A stretch of DNA of 64,000 bases from Lama guanicoe (lineage: Eukaryota). Numbering within the stretch: position 1 is the stretch's first letter; each line of letters opens with the position of its first letter. The translations under genes and the position numbers were made by a program. Positions 24,421 to 36,605 of the stretch are shown here, piece after piece. The DNA is taken from positions 1,420,974 to 1,484,973 of the forward strand of contig MU053379.1 in the NCBI GenBank assembly GCA_013239625.1, in the 5' to 3' direction. The notes under the pieces are model-generated. The model ran no database searches, was not told where the DNA came from, and was given only the letters and a program-made list of their open reading frames with translations.

Positions 24421-26134
24421 GGCAGCACTTTGTTGATTCAGTTTTCTTTGAGCATCTCCCTTGTTCAGGCCCTGTGCCTGGCATGGCCAGGCTGTTGAAG
24501 TCCTGCTGAGAGCAGTAAGGGCGGTGTGGACCCCCTAGGCCAGTCCTGGCCATCATTCTGCATAGTCTTCTGGCCCTGCAGCCACTTCAAGGTGGAGTCC
24601 AGGGTGGAGGCACCCTCCAAGCTGTCTTTGTGCCTGGGGGCAGCTGTGACTGGGGATCTCAGTACAGGCCCAGGACACCATTGTAAGCACTCTGCATTTT
24701 ATCTTCAAAGTCTTGGGAGCCCCGGAAGGATTTTCAGCAGGGAGATGATGTCATTTCAGTTTGCTTTTGCATCCTGTGACTCTGGGGTGACCTGGAGTAC
24801 CCTGGGGGTGGGAGGCGGGTGTGTGGTCCAAGGCTGGCTGGTGGCGGCGTGTGTAGAAGCCTGGCCCTTGCCCTCGCTGGGACATCTGGGGCTGGGTTAG
24901 AGTCCCCGCTTGTTGCAAACCCCACCTCCTCGCCCTCCCCCCCTCCTCCCTGTGGGAGACGAGCACGCAGGCGGCTGGGGCTAGAGACCTAGTCAACCAG
25001 TGGCCTCCAGAGTGGGCTGTGGGGGGAAGAGCCGTTTGGAGTGTGGGAAGCAAGTACCACCACTCCTGTTTATAGGCACCTTAATTTAAAAAAGTAGGAC
25101 TATTTTATAATGTTCTTAGTGTGTTATATCTACCACAGAAGGCAGACATAATTCATGTCAGTGAATGTGCATTATCGGGGCCATGCCTCCTGCCTTTTCC
25201 CCTTGGAGTGGCTGCTTGCTGAGTTTGGAGACCACTGCTGAGAAGGAGGCAGGTCCTGTGGGGGCGGGGCTGGGGGTGGGGGGCAGGCGTGCCCAGTGTC
25301 TCCGTCCATGACTGGCTGCTTCACTAGGGCCCTGGTTGCCTGCAGCACTGTCCTCGGAAGGCCTGTGCTGGCAGGGTGTCCTTGGTGGTGGCGGGCCTGC
25401 CCACAAGCCCCTGGTGACCACCTGGTGACCCAGGTCACAAGCAGGAAGCCATCCTCAGGCGTCCTCTGTTGTGGACACCCCTGTGCTGACTGCTGGCCGC
25501 GGGGTCAGACCTGCCTTCACATCAGGCTCCAGAAGTGGTGGTAGTTCTGCCCGGGACAGGTCATTCAGCTTTTCTGGGGACCATTCCTGGTGTGGCAGTC
25601 AAGGGTGGGCCTCCTGCAGGTCCTGATGTGGGGAGTTCTTCTGCCTTCGCACACCCCACGTCACACACAACAGGCCAGGACACACCGCAGACTCCTTCCT
25701 GACTGTGTCCAAAGCTGGGATCCCAGGGGGCTGCCACGATCCCCTCATTGAGGACCTGGGGGCCCACGGACACACTGACTTCCAGGAAGATGCTGGCCTT
25801 CCCAGCCTGGTTACACACATTCCATTGGATGGTGCCCCTGAGCTCCACACGTGACAAGTAGCTTTGATAACAAAGTAAAGTGTCTTAGCATTTGGGACCC
25901 ATATTCCTGGGGAGAAGCAGTCTTTGGTATTTGATGAACTACAAACACTGAGCTTCAAACATCCTTGCAGCCTTTGTTTGCAAGGGTTACTTTGTAGTCA
26001 GAAAGTTAAAAAAATGAAATAAAAGTAAATTTCCATAGTTTTTTCAGTAACTTTGAAAGATCTTTACAAAAGGATGCATCTGGTCTGTCGGGTTTATTTT
26101 TATAATCTCTTGTGTGTTACTTGCAAAATTGTAT

Positions 26135-26335
26135 CTTTCAGACTTATTATTTTGAGTTCTTTAGACTTACAGAAAAGTTGCAAAATAATAAGTTTCTTCA
26201 TGTAGCTTCCCCTGTGTAAACATCTTACACGAACATAGGCCAAGTGAGGAATTAGTACTGGCACAATACCGTGAACGAATCTTCCACCCTTATTTGAATC
26301 TCCCCAGTTTTCCCGCTAGGGTCCCTTCCACTCTG
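26135..26335 (-). mobile_element. L1MC-like 3' end fragment
   Basis: tttagacttacagaaaagttgcaaaataata...gcttcccc...aacatcttac. Confidence 0.6.
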
Positions 26336-27149
26336 GACAGTGCCTCGGTCTTCATGTTACCTTTTTGAAAATGTGTACGTCTGAGTTGGAAGAAATCCTT
26401 TGAATTTTCGGTTGGCTCCCAGCCAGTTGTGTGCCTGGCACATAATAACTGCTCAGTAAACGACAGCCATCGTTGGAATGTAAGTGAGGCATAGTCACTG
26501 TTGTGCAACCACGTCCTTCACTCTCGTACGGAGAAGCTGGTCATCAGACTCCTTACCCGGCCCCTGTGGACAAATGCTTTCAGTAGACCCAAGTTCACGT
26601 TCCAAGTGCAGGTGTGAGACGGGGCAGCGCCCTGGCCTGTGCGGCCGGAGTGCCTGTTTTCAGGCACAGGTCGCCAGGTGCGGTGGCGAGGGTGACCTGC
26701 TTCTCTGTTACGGACGTTCGTGCGCAGACTGATCCAGGCAAGGCCCCAGAAAGCCCTGGCCTCACTGTTCAGGTTTGTGTGCAGCGGACCACTCTTCCTC
26801 TGGGTGGCGGACTGCTCAGAGGGGGGCCTTTCCCGAGACTTTCGGGGCTCTCGAGAAATGTCTCCGAGGCTGCGCGTGGAAGGTATGTGCAAGGTGGCAC
26901 TGTGTTTACAGAACCGGCTTGATGGATATTGGGTGTAAATGTGTAGTGGTAGTAGGTGGACGGCAGAGAGGAGGGACGGCGTCTTATTCTGGAGTTTTCT
27001 GTACAAATGAGTTACCTGGACTCTGGAGCTGTACTCAACTTTCTGTGTGTTTAACTCAAGAATCCCAGTGTGTGTGTGTGCGTGTGTGTGAGTGTGCTAA
27101 ACAGACAGACATACACAGCCACGTGCTCGGGGAGAGACGGAGTTGGAAA

Positions 27150-27230
27150 GGACTGGGTTTGCCCAGCGCTGAGAGGTCCTCTGGGATGTGGGACCTGCAG
27201 TGCTAAAACTGGGACAGTCCCAGGCAAACA
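27150..27230. mobile_element. MER94-like hAT-Blackjack MITE fragment
   Basis: ggtttgccc...gggatgtgggacctgcagtgctaaaactgggacagtcccaggcaaac. Confidence 0.65.
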
Positions 27231-27489
27231 GCAAAGGACCTTCTTGGGACAGAAAGTGATGGTTGGTGGGACCTGAAAGATCCCATGTGTGAAGTTTCTG
27301 GTCACCGCTTTCTGCCATTGGCTCCTGTCCCTTCTTAAAGAAATCCTTATTTGAAAAAACCTTTTAAAAATTATGATTATCAACACTTCATTAATCTTGG
27401 TTTATCAACCTCCTTCCTACGTTTTGCTGGAGAATTTTGAAGCTGTTCCCTAATGCCCTCTCAATCTGTTAACATTTGATTTTTTTAAA

Positions 27490-28140
27490 GTAAGATTTTA
27501 TTTTGGAATAATTTTAGGTACACAGAAACGTTGCCAGGAGCGCGGAGAGTTCCCGAATACCTCCTACCCGCCCTGTCTCATTGTCACTGTCTTATGTTTC
27601 CGTGGCACATTTGTCAAAACTAGAAACTGACAGTATATTACCAATACCCAAACTCCAGACTTTATTTGGCCCTCACCAATTTTTCCATTCATGTCCTCTT
27701 TCTGTTCCAGGATCCAGTCCAAGGCACCGCTTTGTATTTTGTTGTCTGGGACAGTTTCTCAGTCTTTCTCCATTAACAGAGGAAAAATGAAGCGTTTTTC
27801 GTGCCCCTGACAGTCTTGAGGAGCCCTGGCCAGGCGCCGTGCAGAACGTCCCCAAGTCTGGGTTTGCCTGTCTTGTGATTAGACTGGGGTTGTGGGCTTT
27901 TAGAAAGAGCACCGCAGAGGCCAAGTGCCCCTCATGCCCCATCGCTTCGGGGGTCTGTGACATGCACGTGACACCCCGGTGGTGTGAGCCTCGAGCAGCT
28001 GGCTGTGGGCCGGGTCTCCACCGCAGGGCTCCTGTTTTCCCTATTCCCTGCTCTGTTGTGGGAATCCTGAAGTACAGCCCACCTGGAAGGGGCTCCGGGA
28101 AGAGTAAGCTCCGCCTCCCGGACGTGGAAATATCTCCTTG
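27490..28140 (-). mobile_element. L1MC4-like 3'UTR
   Basis: tttaggtacacagaaacgttg...tgtcctctttctgttccaggatcc...gattagactggggttgtggg. Confidence 0.75.
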
Positions 28141-28149
28141 CGTCATGTG

Positions 28150-28264
28150 TAGGGTGGCTTTGATTTTTAGATAAACAGTGAATAATTTTTTAGTATCTGT
28201 CCCTTGTGATATCTGAACCTCAGATTTAACGGGGCATCCTGTATTTTGTTAAATCTGGCAACTC
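28150..28264. mobile_element. Internally deleted MER53-like MITE
   Basis: agataaacagtgaataattttttagtat...gatttaacggggcatcctgtatttt...atctggcaac. Confidence 0.7.
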
Positions 28265-31200
28265 ATTATTCGGAGTTCTTCTGTGAGAGTAAGCAGTCTC
28301 TCCCTCCCTGCATCTGAGTTCTAGTTTGATTCCATCGTCTTCCTGTTAGAATTTTCTCCCCACCTTCTGTCATGCTGTGGCAGTTTGATATACTTAAGTG
28401 ACTGCACTTTGTCTACTTAATTTTCTTTTAGAACAACATGGAAAATAGTTTTGTTTGCTTCTGAAGATGAATTAGTGTGTGTGTATTTAATCAAAGGATT
28501 TTTCTCGTTACATGAGCCAAAAAGCACATTAGTTCCCAGCCCCTATAAATGAGACCCAGAGTTGAAGGAAACGAGACTTGTGCTGAGTTTCCATGTGTGG
28601 GTTGTGGGAGGGGCCAGGAAGGAGGACGCTGATGCTTCTTTAAGCGGCGCCAGGCACGTGGATCCCTCTGGCCATGGCCGCACGAGGCACCCATGATTGT
28701 GAAACTCCCCGGCCGGTGGCAGGTGTGAGAGAACGCTCACTCGGTGGCGGAGGGGTGGAGAAGGCAGCAGGCTGGGGTGCTGGGGGCGCCGAAGAGAGCT
28801 GTGTGGTTGCACTTTTAGAAGAAAACCAGACGTCTTGTTTCCCTGGATGCACCTCGCCCGTCTGATCATGCTGCGTCTCGTTAAAGCGGCAGGACCTTGG
28901 CATTTCGTGCTCAGTAGCTGGTCCCCATCAAATCAAGCCTTGCCTTTCAGCAGCAGGAAGTGTTCCAGGAAGCGGCCAGGGACTGCAGAGTTCAGAGGTG
29001 GTTCAGCTCCTGGGCAGGAGGCCTGCTGTCCCGGGGGCTCAGAAGAGCCTTCTCGGGCCTGAAGGACCGCTGGTGGGCCGGGCGGCGAGGAGGCTTGGAG
29101 CTTGGTGAGCTGGGTGTGGCTCCGCCCCGCCGACACTCACCTTCTTAGTTCATTTGCAAGGATGCACTTGAGAGGATATGTGTCCCTTGAAGGTGAGAGC
29201 CTGCCCGGCACACAGTAGGTGTTTTTACTAAACGTTTGTCCATTGAGTAGGGCGTTCATTCTTTGCCACGTATTCAGATAACACTCAGTAATTCTGACAC
29301 GGAGCCGTCTCCCTTAGCTAAACCCACTCCGCCTTCTGTGTTAACGCCAGTCAGTTGTTGTCTTTGCTTAAAATCTGTTTTCTTGAACTGTGGGGTCTGA
29401 CTCCTGCCCTGTCTCCACTGAAAGCCTCCAGCACTCCCTGGCTCTGGTCCCTTTGATCCAACGGCCTGTCGCTTTCCCTATGAGGACGGGGCTGCCCCTG
29501 CCTCTGTTCTGGAGGGGTCTTTCTTGGCTGTCCCGTCTCTGCCACCCGACACAGTCCTTGGCCTGCCCTCGTCAGGCTGTGTTTATTTGTATCTTCTGAG
29601 TGGGAAAGTTTACAAAGGGACAGAGGTGCCCAGGGCAACTCGTTAAAATACCTGCAAATACAGGCAGGTCCTAAAATTTAGTCTGAGGTCACCGCCAGTT
29701 CTTTTTTCACAAGGAAATACGGAGCATGGCTTTTCATAGGAACTTCTTGAAGGTGTCACACATGTCTGTGCTTGGCCTTGTAATCCTGTTGAACAGAACA
29801 ACATATGTTTGTCCGTGTGTTTACATTTTTTTTAAAGCTACCAGATGTCCGTAGTACAAGTTATTATCTGGTTTTGAAGTATGTTTTGAAACTTAAAAAC
29901 ACATTTTGGGATGTTGCTGTAGAGATGAGTGTTGTTTGCTACCTGATGGTGGGTTATGCGTTGGCAAGCTGCTTTGAGTTTTGAATTTTCTTGAATTTCT
30001 GTTTATGGGATGCCAGCATGTTAAACACGCAAATTGTAAACAGTGAGGTCAGTTCCTAACAGCTCTGAAAAAGAGCAGGCCGTTGTAATTTCGGCGAGGA
30101 TTCGGGAGGGAAGACGTCAGCCCGGGAGGATGACAGCTGAGTCCTGCGTTGTTGCGAGCGGGGAGCCGGGGGCTGGGCCCGGGGACAGTGGCCCCGCTCT
30201 GGTAAAGTCGGCCTGCCCCACGCCTGTCACAGAGCCCGTCCTGAGGGTGGCCCGGCCGAGACTCCGACTGGTGTGGTCAGCGGCGCAGGGACGAGCCCTC
30301 CCGTGACGATGACGAGGTGTGACTAGGGGTTGGTGCCCTTCGTGTCTGGAGCCGCAGTGGAATCGCTGAGTAGATGAGCTGAGAGTTCTCATTTTTTCAC
30401 AGACCACAGCCTCTTCTGAAGTGCTCACTGTTCTTTTATGGGGAAACTTAAATAGCTTCACTTGCCCTTTTCCAGATTTTTCTGCTTCTCCTTTTTATAG
30501 CTGAGTATGAGGTCACCAGAAGGTTTTCTCTTCGGCTTTCACATTACCGCGTTGAGCATTTTTTGCAGCTGTGACTCCTTGTTTTCAGATGTTTGTTTCC
30601 TGTGGTTCTGGCTCACGAGCATCTTGGAGGCACAGAGAGTCCCTAGGAGTCCTGGAGAGGCTCGGCCCTCGTGTCTCAGCTTTCTTTCTTCAGCGGTTAG
30701 GGGAGGATACATCATGGACCCCTTGTTTTCAGATGTCTTAGCAGGGGACCCCTTTGCAGACATGTGATTATGTCCCCAGCAGCGTGTGCTGTGTGGCGTG
30801 GGAGCTGGGCCAGGGTGAGGCCCTGGAGGGCTGGGCGCTGCAGGAGGTGGTGAGGGGAGGTGTCCCTGAGGCCCCTCCCCTGAGCCCTCGAGTCAGGCAT
30901 TTGTGGGCAGGTCGCCGCACACCTTGAGGGCCTGTCCTGGGTGTCACCCACCTCCCTCTGACTTTGGGCCCAGTCTTTCGCTGGAGGCCGGACCCCTCTG
31001 CTCGGAAGCACATCAGCCCCTGCATTTCCTGTGCTGTGATCCTTGTCCCCTTCACGTTCAGGATCTGTCGTCGGCTCAGGCTCTTGGGACCTCCCCCTCT
31101 TCCCCAGCCTCCTGTTTCTCATCAGTAACCGGGGCCTGTTCATCAGGGTGTGGGTAAGATTCAAACAGCATCAGTGGCCAGGCCGAGGGAGCCCCCGCTG

Positions 31201-33406
31201 CGCCGGCCTGTGATCAGTGCCTCCCCGTGCCACACTCTCCCCTCGCCCGCATGACCCATCCTTTCCACTTCCTGGATCATTGCTGAACATGAGGCCTTCA
31301 CAGTTCAAACCGGGAAGATTCTAATTGCCCTCGACTGGTCTGCATGCCGAGGATTTCTGTGCTGTGCCTTGCGGACCAGGGCTCGCCGCTTAATCGTTCT
31401 CCATCACTTCGGTCACAAGTCTTCGCCGCTCCCCTGCCCTGAGGGAGAAGGTCAGGCCGGTCTGGGCCTCCAGGCCTGTCTCCCCCTTCTTCCCTGTGGG
31501 ATTCCACAGCATCTGTGGAAGCACACATGTTTCCTCACCCCCAAGACTGTGCTCAAACCCGTTTCACCTCTATGAACTTCTTCCTGCACCCCCTCTTCCT
31601 GCGGGAGCGTGTCCTCTCATCGGCGAGTCCCGCCCATCCGTGCACGCTGACACGCGTGGCCCTTTGTCAGCGCTCGTGGTCTGGAGATGCAGGTCATTTC
31701 CGTTTGAATTCTCAGGAGCTCGTTCCTTGCTCTGCGTTACAGTACAGACTCTTCCACGAGAGGAGCAGAGCGTGAACGTCCCCGCACACCCGTCACCGCT
31801 CCGAGCAGGCAGGAGACAGGTGCTTGCTTTCCGTTTTGAAGGATGCCCTTCCTCGGGATGAGAGGCTGGGCGAGGATACGGGCTCCTGTGCCTCGGTCTT
31901 GTTCTCCGTCGGTCGTGGGAGGTTCCCTGCGAGCAGAGCGCGGCGGCCGGCAGAGGGGGACCTCCCCGGGGTTCCGAGCGTCGGGACAGTGAAGCAGCAG
32001 CAGCGGCCCCGGGTGGGCTTGTAGCAGAACGCCGGGCGGAGGTCGGCGCGTTCGTGGTTGCTCGTTTTGCACCACTTCTCCTAATGCTTTCAATGTGGCC
32101 CTGCTCCGGGGATTCTTGGCTGGAGATGGTGACAGCCTCATGGAAACGGGGACGCAAGCTGCTTTGTCCCTTTGTGGTCAGCTGCTCAGTCTCTACGAGT
32201 CTCCTCCACGCTGTAAATGCGCTGGGATCCTCAGACCCTGAGGGCCTCTGTTCGCTGGATCAAGGCAGGCGGGCGGGAGGGGCCCCACACGTGGCCTCCT
32301 CAGGCCCGGGGGCTCCTTGCTCCTTCCTTAGTATTTATTTCATTCTGAGACCTTGGTTTCATTACAGTTTAAAATTCCTTCTCTAACTTTCAGGGCTTAT
32401 TTAATTGAGAACATTTGATGGAAAAACGTTTAGAGCATGGCTGCAGTGAAGGATCTGGGGTCATGCAGAGGTTTCCATTGATCCCTGTGGTGGACGGAAG
32501 ACCCTCCCATGACTCCCTGGGGAGTGGCCTCCTGTTCACCATTTCCCGAGGCCTTTCTCCCACCCCATCAGCGCACAACAGCTTCATGGGCTTGTCCGGC
32601 CGCATGCTGAGTGATGCTTCTTTCAGAGCCTTGACCTCATCAGTGAGAGGCTGCGGCCTGCCAGCTGCGCCCTCACTCCTGTGCTGTGCGCTGCGCTTGG
32701 CATTAAAACCAGCATTAAAACCGGTGTCCACGTGGCCATCTGTTTTATTTTTATAGGCTCTGTCATTGCTTTATTGGTTGTTGTTAGAACAGATGTTTTA
32801 AAAGGAATATTTTGGCAGGACTGTATTTGCTTATTTAATTTCTGATGACTTGCAGGGCATTTATTCCTACATTTAAAAAAAAAAGAGCTGCGGGCCATGG
32901 GAGCAGAGCAACCCATTGGCCCTTTGGGCCTGGAGGGAGATAACGAGATTGCTGGGGTGAGCTTTGCTGAGGAGGAGGTCTTCACGTAGGAAACACAAAC
33001 TCGAAAACCTAGGCCAGAAGGAGAAGTGTCCCCATTTACAGTCGGTGCAACATCCCATAGCAAGCCAATGTCAAACCGCCTTGCAAGATGTCTTTTAAGA
33101 AAGCAGAGGCCAAATTAAAAAGAAAGTTTAAGCCTGTTTGGAGAGAGCTTATGAGCCAATTAAGGCTTTTGATACCTCCGCAGAGTACCTAACTGACTTC
33201 AGCTCAGAGCTCGGATATGAGCTTGGTTCAGATGCACAGCCCAGTAATCCACTGGTTAGTTTTTAGATCTGGGCATTCACAGAAAAACTTATCAATGGTA
33301 ACTTTCGAAAAAAGGTTTTCTTCCATTGTTGGGCCAAAATATACTTTCATTTCATAGCAATGTTTGTAAAATAAGATCATAACTCTGGATTTTAAAGAAT
33401 TTTTAG

Positions 33407-33589
33407 GGAGTGGGTAGAGCTCAGTGGTAGAGCATGTGCTTAGCATGCACGAGATCCTGGGTTCAATCTTGGGTTAAAAATAAAGAAATAAATAAATGGA
33501 TAAATAGATAAACAAACCTAAGTACTGTCTCCACCCCGAAAAAACAAAACAAAAAACAAAAAAATTTTATTATTGGCAAAAAAAAAAAA
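33407..33589 (+). mobile_element. Vic-1-like SINE with clear TSD
   Basis: agctcagtggtagagcatgtgcttagcatgcacgagatcctgggttcaatc plus A-rich tail; TSD aaagaatttttag (33394-33406) / aaagaattttag (33587-33598). Confidence 0.93.
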
Positions 33590-35882
33590 GAATTTTAGGT
33601 TCAGAAAAAGTCTCTAAGGATAGAAGGATTATTTTAAATGTTCTTCATTCTTTTACCCTACCTAAATCATCTTCTCTGTCTTTAAAACGATTGGGTGGAT
33701 GGGGGAACGCCACTGGTGAAACCTAAAGCAGACGCCTAGTAAGGCAGTCTTGTGTCAGTGGAAGAGGTCATGACGGATCCTGTAGGCCGGCAGTTTCCTT
33801 CTAGTTAATTGATACATTAGCTGACTTGGGGCTCTACCTGTATGATTGTGTGGAAAATATCTTCATGGAAAGTCCGACAGACACCACCCAGCCCATCCTC
33901 AGACGTCTAGGTGTAGACGTCTCTCGCCTGTGTTGTCCAGCTGGGCCCTGCCGTGTTTTCCTTGCCGTCGCAGGCACTAAGCGTGGTGCTCGCTGGGTGC
34001 GCAGCAAGCGCTCAGTAACTGCCTGTCTGATTGATGGGTTGCCAGGGAGTATACAGGTGACCAGATGTCATTTGTCCTCAGGGAGTGGCTTATTGGTGGA
34101 GTGCCAGCTGGTCTCCAGGTGTTGTTATCTGTGAGTGTTAACTGATAGCCAAGCTGATTAATCTGCCCAGCACCTTCAAGTCCTAAGTTGAAATTCTGAG
34201 CTTTTCTTGGATGTTAATATGATTTTTTTCCTGTTTTTATGGGATGTTTTAAACCATTTGAGATCAATTGATCGCATTTTTTTGGTACTCACCTAAGCAC
34301 CTTATGGTTTATAAAATGTCAGACCTTTTCTGGTGTGAAAGATGCTACAAATCGTAGCACATGGTAGAACACGTCTATGAGACACCTTTTGTTTTGTGGT
34401 TGTTATTCATTTTTACATGTTATTGTGGGAAGGAGTGGGAGGGACTTAATTCTTTGCAGATTTTGACTCTTCTGTAATGAAAAGGGAAAAGTCTAGAGTG
34501 ATCAAGATTATTCTTGTCAGGTTTATGGTCCTTGACCTTTATAGAATAACGTTTATCCCAATTGATGAGAACAGTGAAAGTGTGGTTTCTTTGCAGTGGC
34601 ATCACTCATCATCTTCAGAAGAGCTTTTACTCTTTAAATCCGGGGTCATATCTAAATTGACACCAAAAGCCTCCCTTTTGCAGAGTAGGAGGAGTGGTAT
34701 TTCTGACTTACGCCAGGGAAGCTGGCACAGAAGTCTTTGATGGCTAAGTGGAGCTAGAGTATTTTTCAGCCAAGTGTCCTGCTGCACCACTCTGGCAAAG
34801 TCTGCCTGATCATTTTCTCCATAAAAATGTATCCAAAATGAAACAAAACCCTACATTGAGATATTTTTCTGGTTAGAAGTCTCAGTGAATACATTTTGTT
34901 ATATCCTATTCTGATGCCAACCATTTCGGAACTTTTTCAAAAATATTGGTAATAAAGGGGAGAAAACGCCTAGTTTCTTTTCTTAAATTACGAAGTTAAT
35001 GTCTCTGGGTCACATTTTTTCCATATTTGCATTGCTCAGTTTCGATTTTTCCATGTAGATTTATATCAGAGGTACTTTGCTCATACTTTGGCAATTTCTT
35101 TCTTTCTTTCTTTTTTTTTCCAGTTTACTGGTTTGATGATACAAATATACACGGAAACTGTTGCAACTGAAATATTCTGAGCGATAATAATTTTACTGAC
35201 TTGGAACCCGAGTTGCCTTGATTTCCAGTGGTGGTTTGCACTGCCGTGTTTAAAGCAACTGACAGCCTTGAGATCATTACCAAAAGTTTATGACCAAAAA
35301 AAAAGATGGAGAATGGAAAAAATGTTGTTTAAATTAAAAACTGCTTGTAGCAGTTACATAGGGAGGGCAGTTAACCCGTCACTTAAAATATGGTCATAAT
35401 ATTGAGAGTTAAAAATAATTTTGCTCGTAGAAGAACTTGGAGCAAAAAATCAAGAAGTCCAGATGAGTTAAAAGTTCATCAGAGGAATGTTGGATAGCGT
35501 GCACGAGTTCAAGTGTTACTTTGTGGAGGGTCATCTGTGCTGTGGGTTTGCCTGCAATGTGGGGTCACGTGTAGGATTGTGTGACCCCCCAGAGTGATTC
35601 ACAGAGCTCTTTGTTGACAAGGTCAGATGCCGTCTCCTCTAGGGGACTTGGTGCCCCTCCTCCGCTGCCCCATTTAGAGTGTTCACCAAGCACGGCTGGC
35701 GGTTTGCTGGCCTCCCAGGTGTCCCGGAGAAGCCCTAGAACGTGGTGGCAGAAATGCATGCCCACCTCCGTTCGGGGGAGCGCCCAGCTTTCGCCTGCAG
35801 CCCCGGGGGGTAAGGACCCCCCTAGGCCCCTCAAAGCGAAGTCTGCGTGGGTCCCGTGCTTCGTACTTTAAGTCAGACCACC

Positions 35883-36312
35883 TGTGTTAGTTACCTAGTG
35901 CTGCGTAGCGCACTACCCCAAACTCAGTGGCTCAGCACAACAATAAACATTTCCACACGGTTTGTGTGGGTCAGAACCAGGGGTGGTTCTGGCCAGGGGT
36001 CTCTTGTTAGGTTACAGCCATGNNNNNNNNNNNNNNNNNNNNNNNNNNNNNNNNNNNNNNNNNNNGGAACCGGAGCTGGCTGCTGGCAGGGGGCCTCAGT
36101 TTCTTGCCACATGGACTTTGCCACAGGGCTGCTGGGATGTCCTCCCAACCTGACAGCTGGTTTCCCCTGGAGCCCTAGCCTCCGAAATCACACGCTGTCA
36201 TTTCTGCAGCATCTGGGGCGTTGTACAGGTCAGCCCTGTGTGGCGTGGCCACCCAAGGTCACAAGTTCCAGGAGGCAGGAGTCACTGGGGAACCTTGAAG
36301 GCTGGCCACACC
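35883..36312. mobile_element. MaLR solo LTR (MLT1F-like), contains a 43-N gap
   Basis: Starts tgtgttagttacctagtgctgcgta...ccccaaactcagtggct; contains ggcctcagtttcttgccacatgg; ends gaaggctggccacacca. Confidence 0.8.
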
Positions 36313-36514
36313 ATCCCAAACGTACCTTCTAGTTGGTAAGATCCACCCCGTCATTCCATCATGAGCTTAAAGGTGAACAAAATGCTTACTGAGTGTGGAA
36401 ACTATATCATGAATCCTTTTCTGGGAAGCTGCAGAGGTGGCTGCCTGGACGTGATAGAGAAAAGCTTCCTCCTTGCTGAATGCATGGTAGATGCATTTTA
36501 TTCAAACACTGTTC

Positions 36515-36605
36515 TTTTATTTATTTTTTAGTGGAGGTATTGGGGGCTGAACCCAAGACCTTGTGTGTGCTAAGCATGGGCTCTACCACTGAGCTGTACC
36601 CTCCC
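36515..36605 (-). mobile_element. Vic-1-like SINE (short tail)
   Basis: ggaggtattgggggctgaacccaagacc...ctctaccactgagctgtaccctccc; TSD acactgt. Confidence 0.88.

Noticed and set aside
32415..32756. 113-aa ATG-initiated ORF
   Set aside because: No recognisable domain or homologue and no supporting gene structure.
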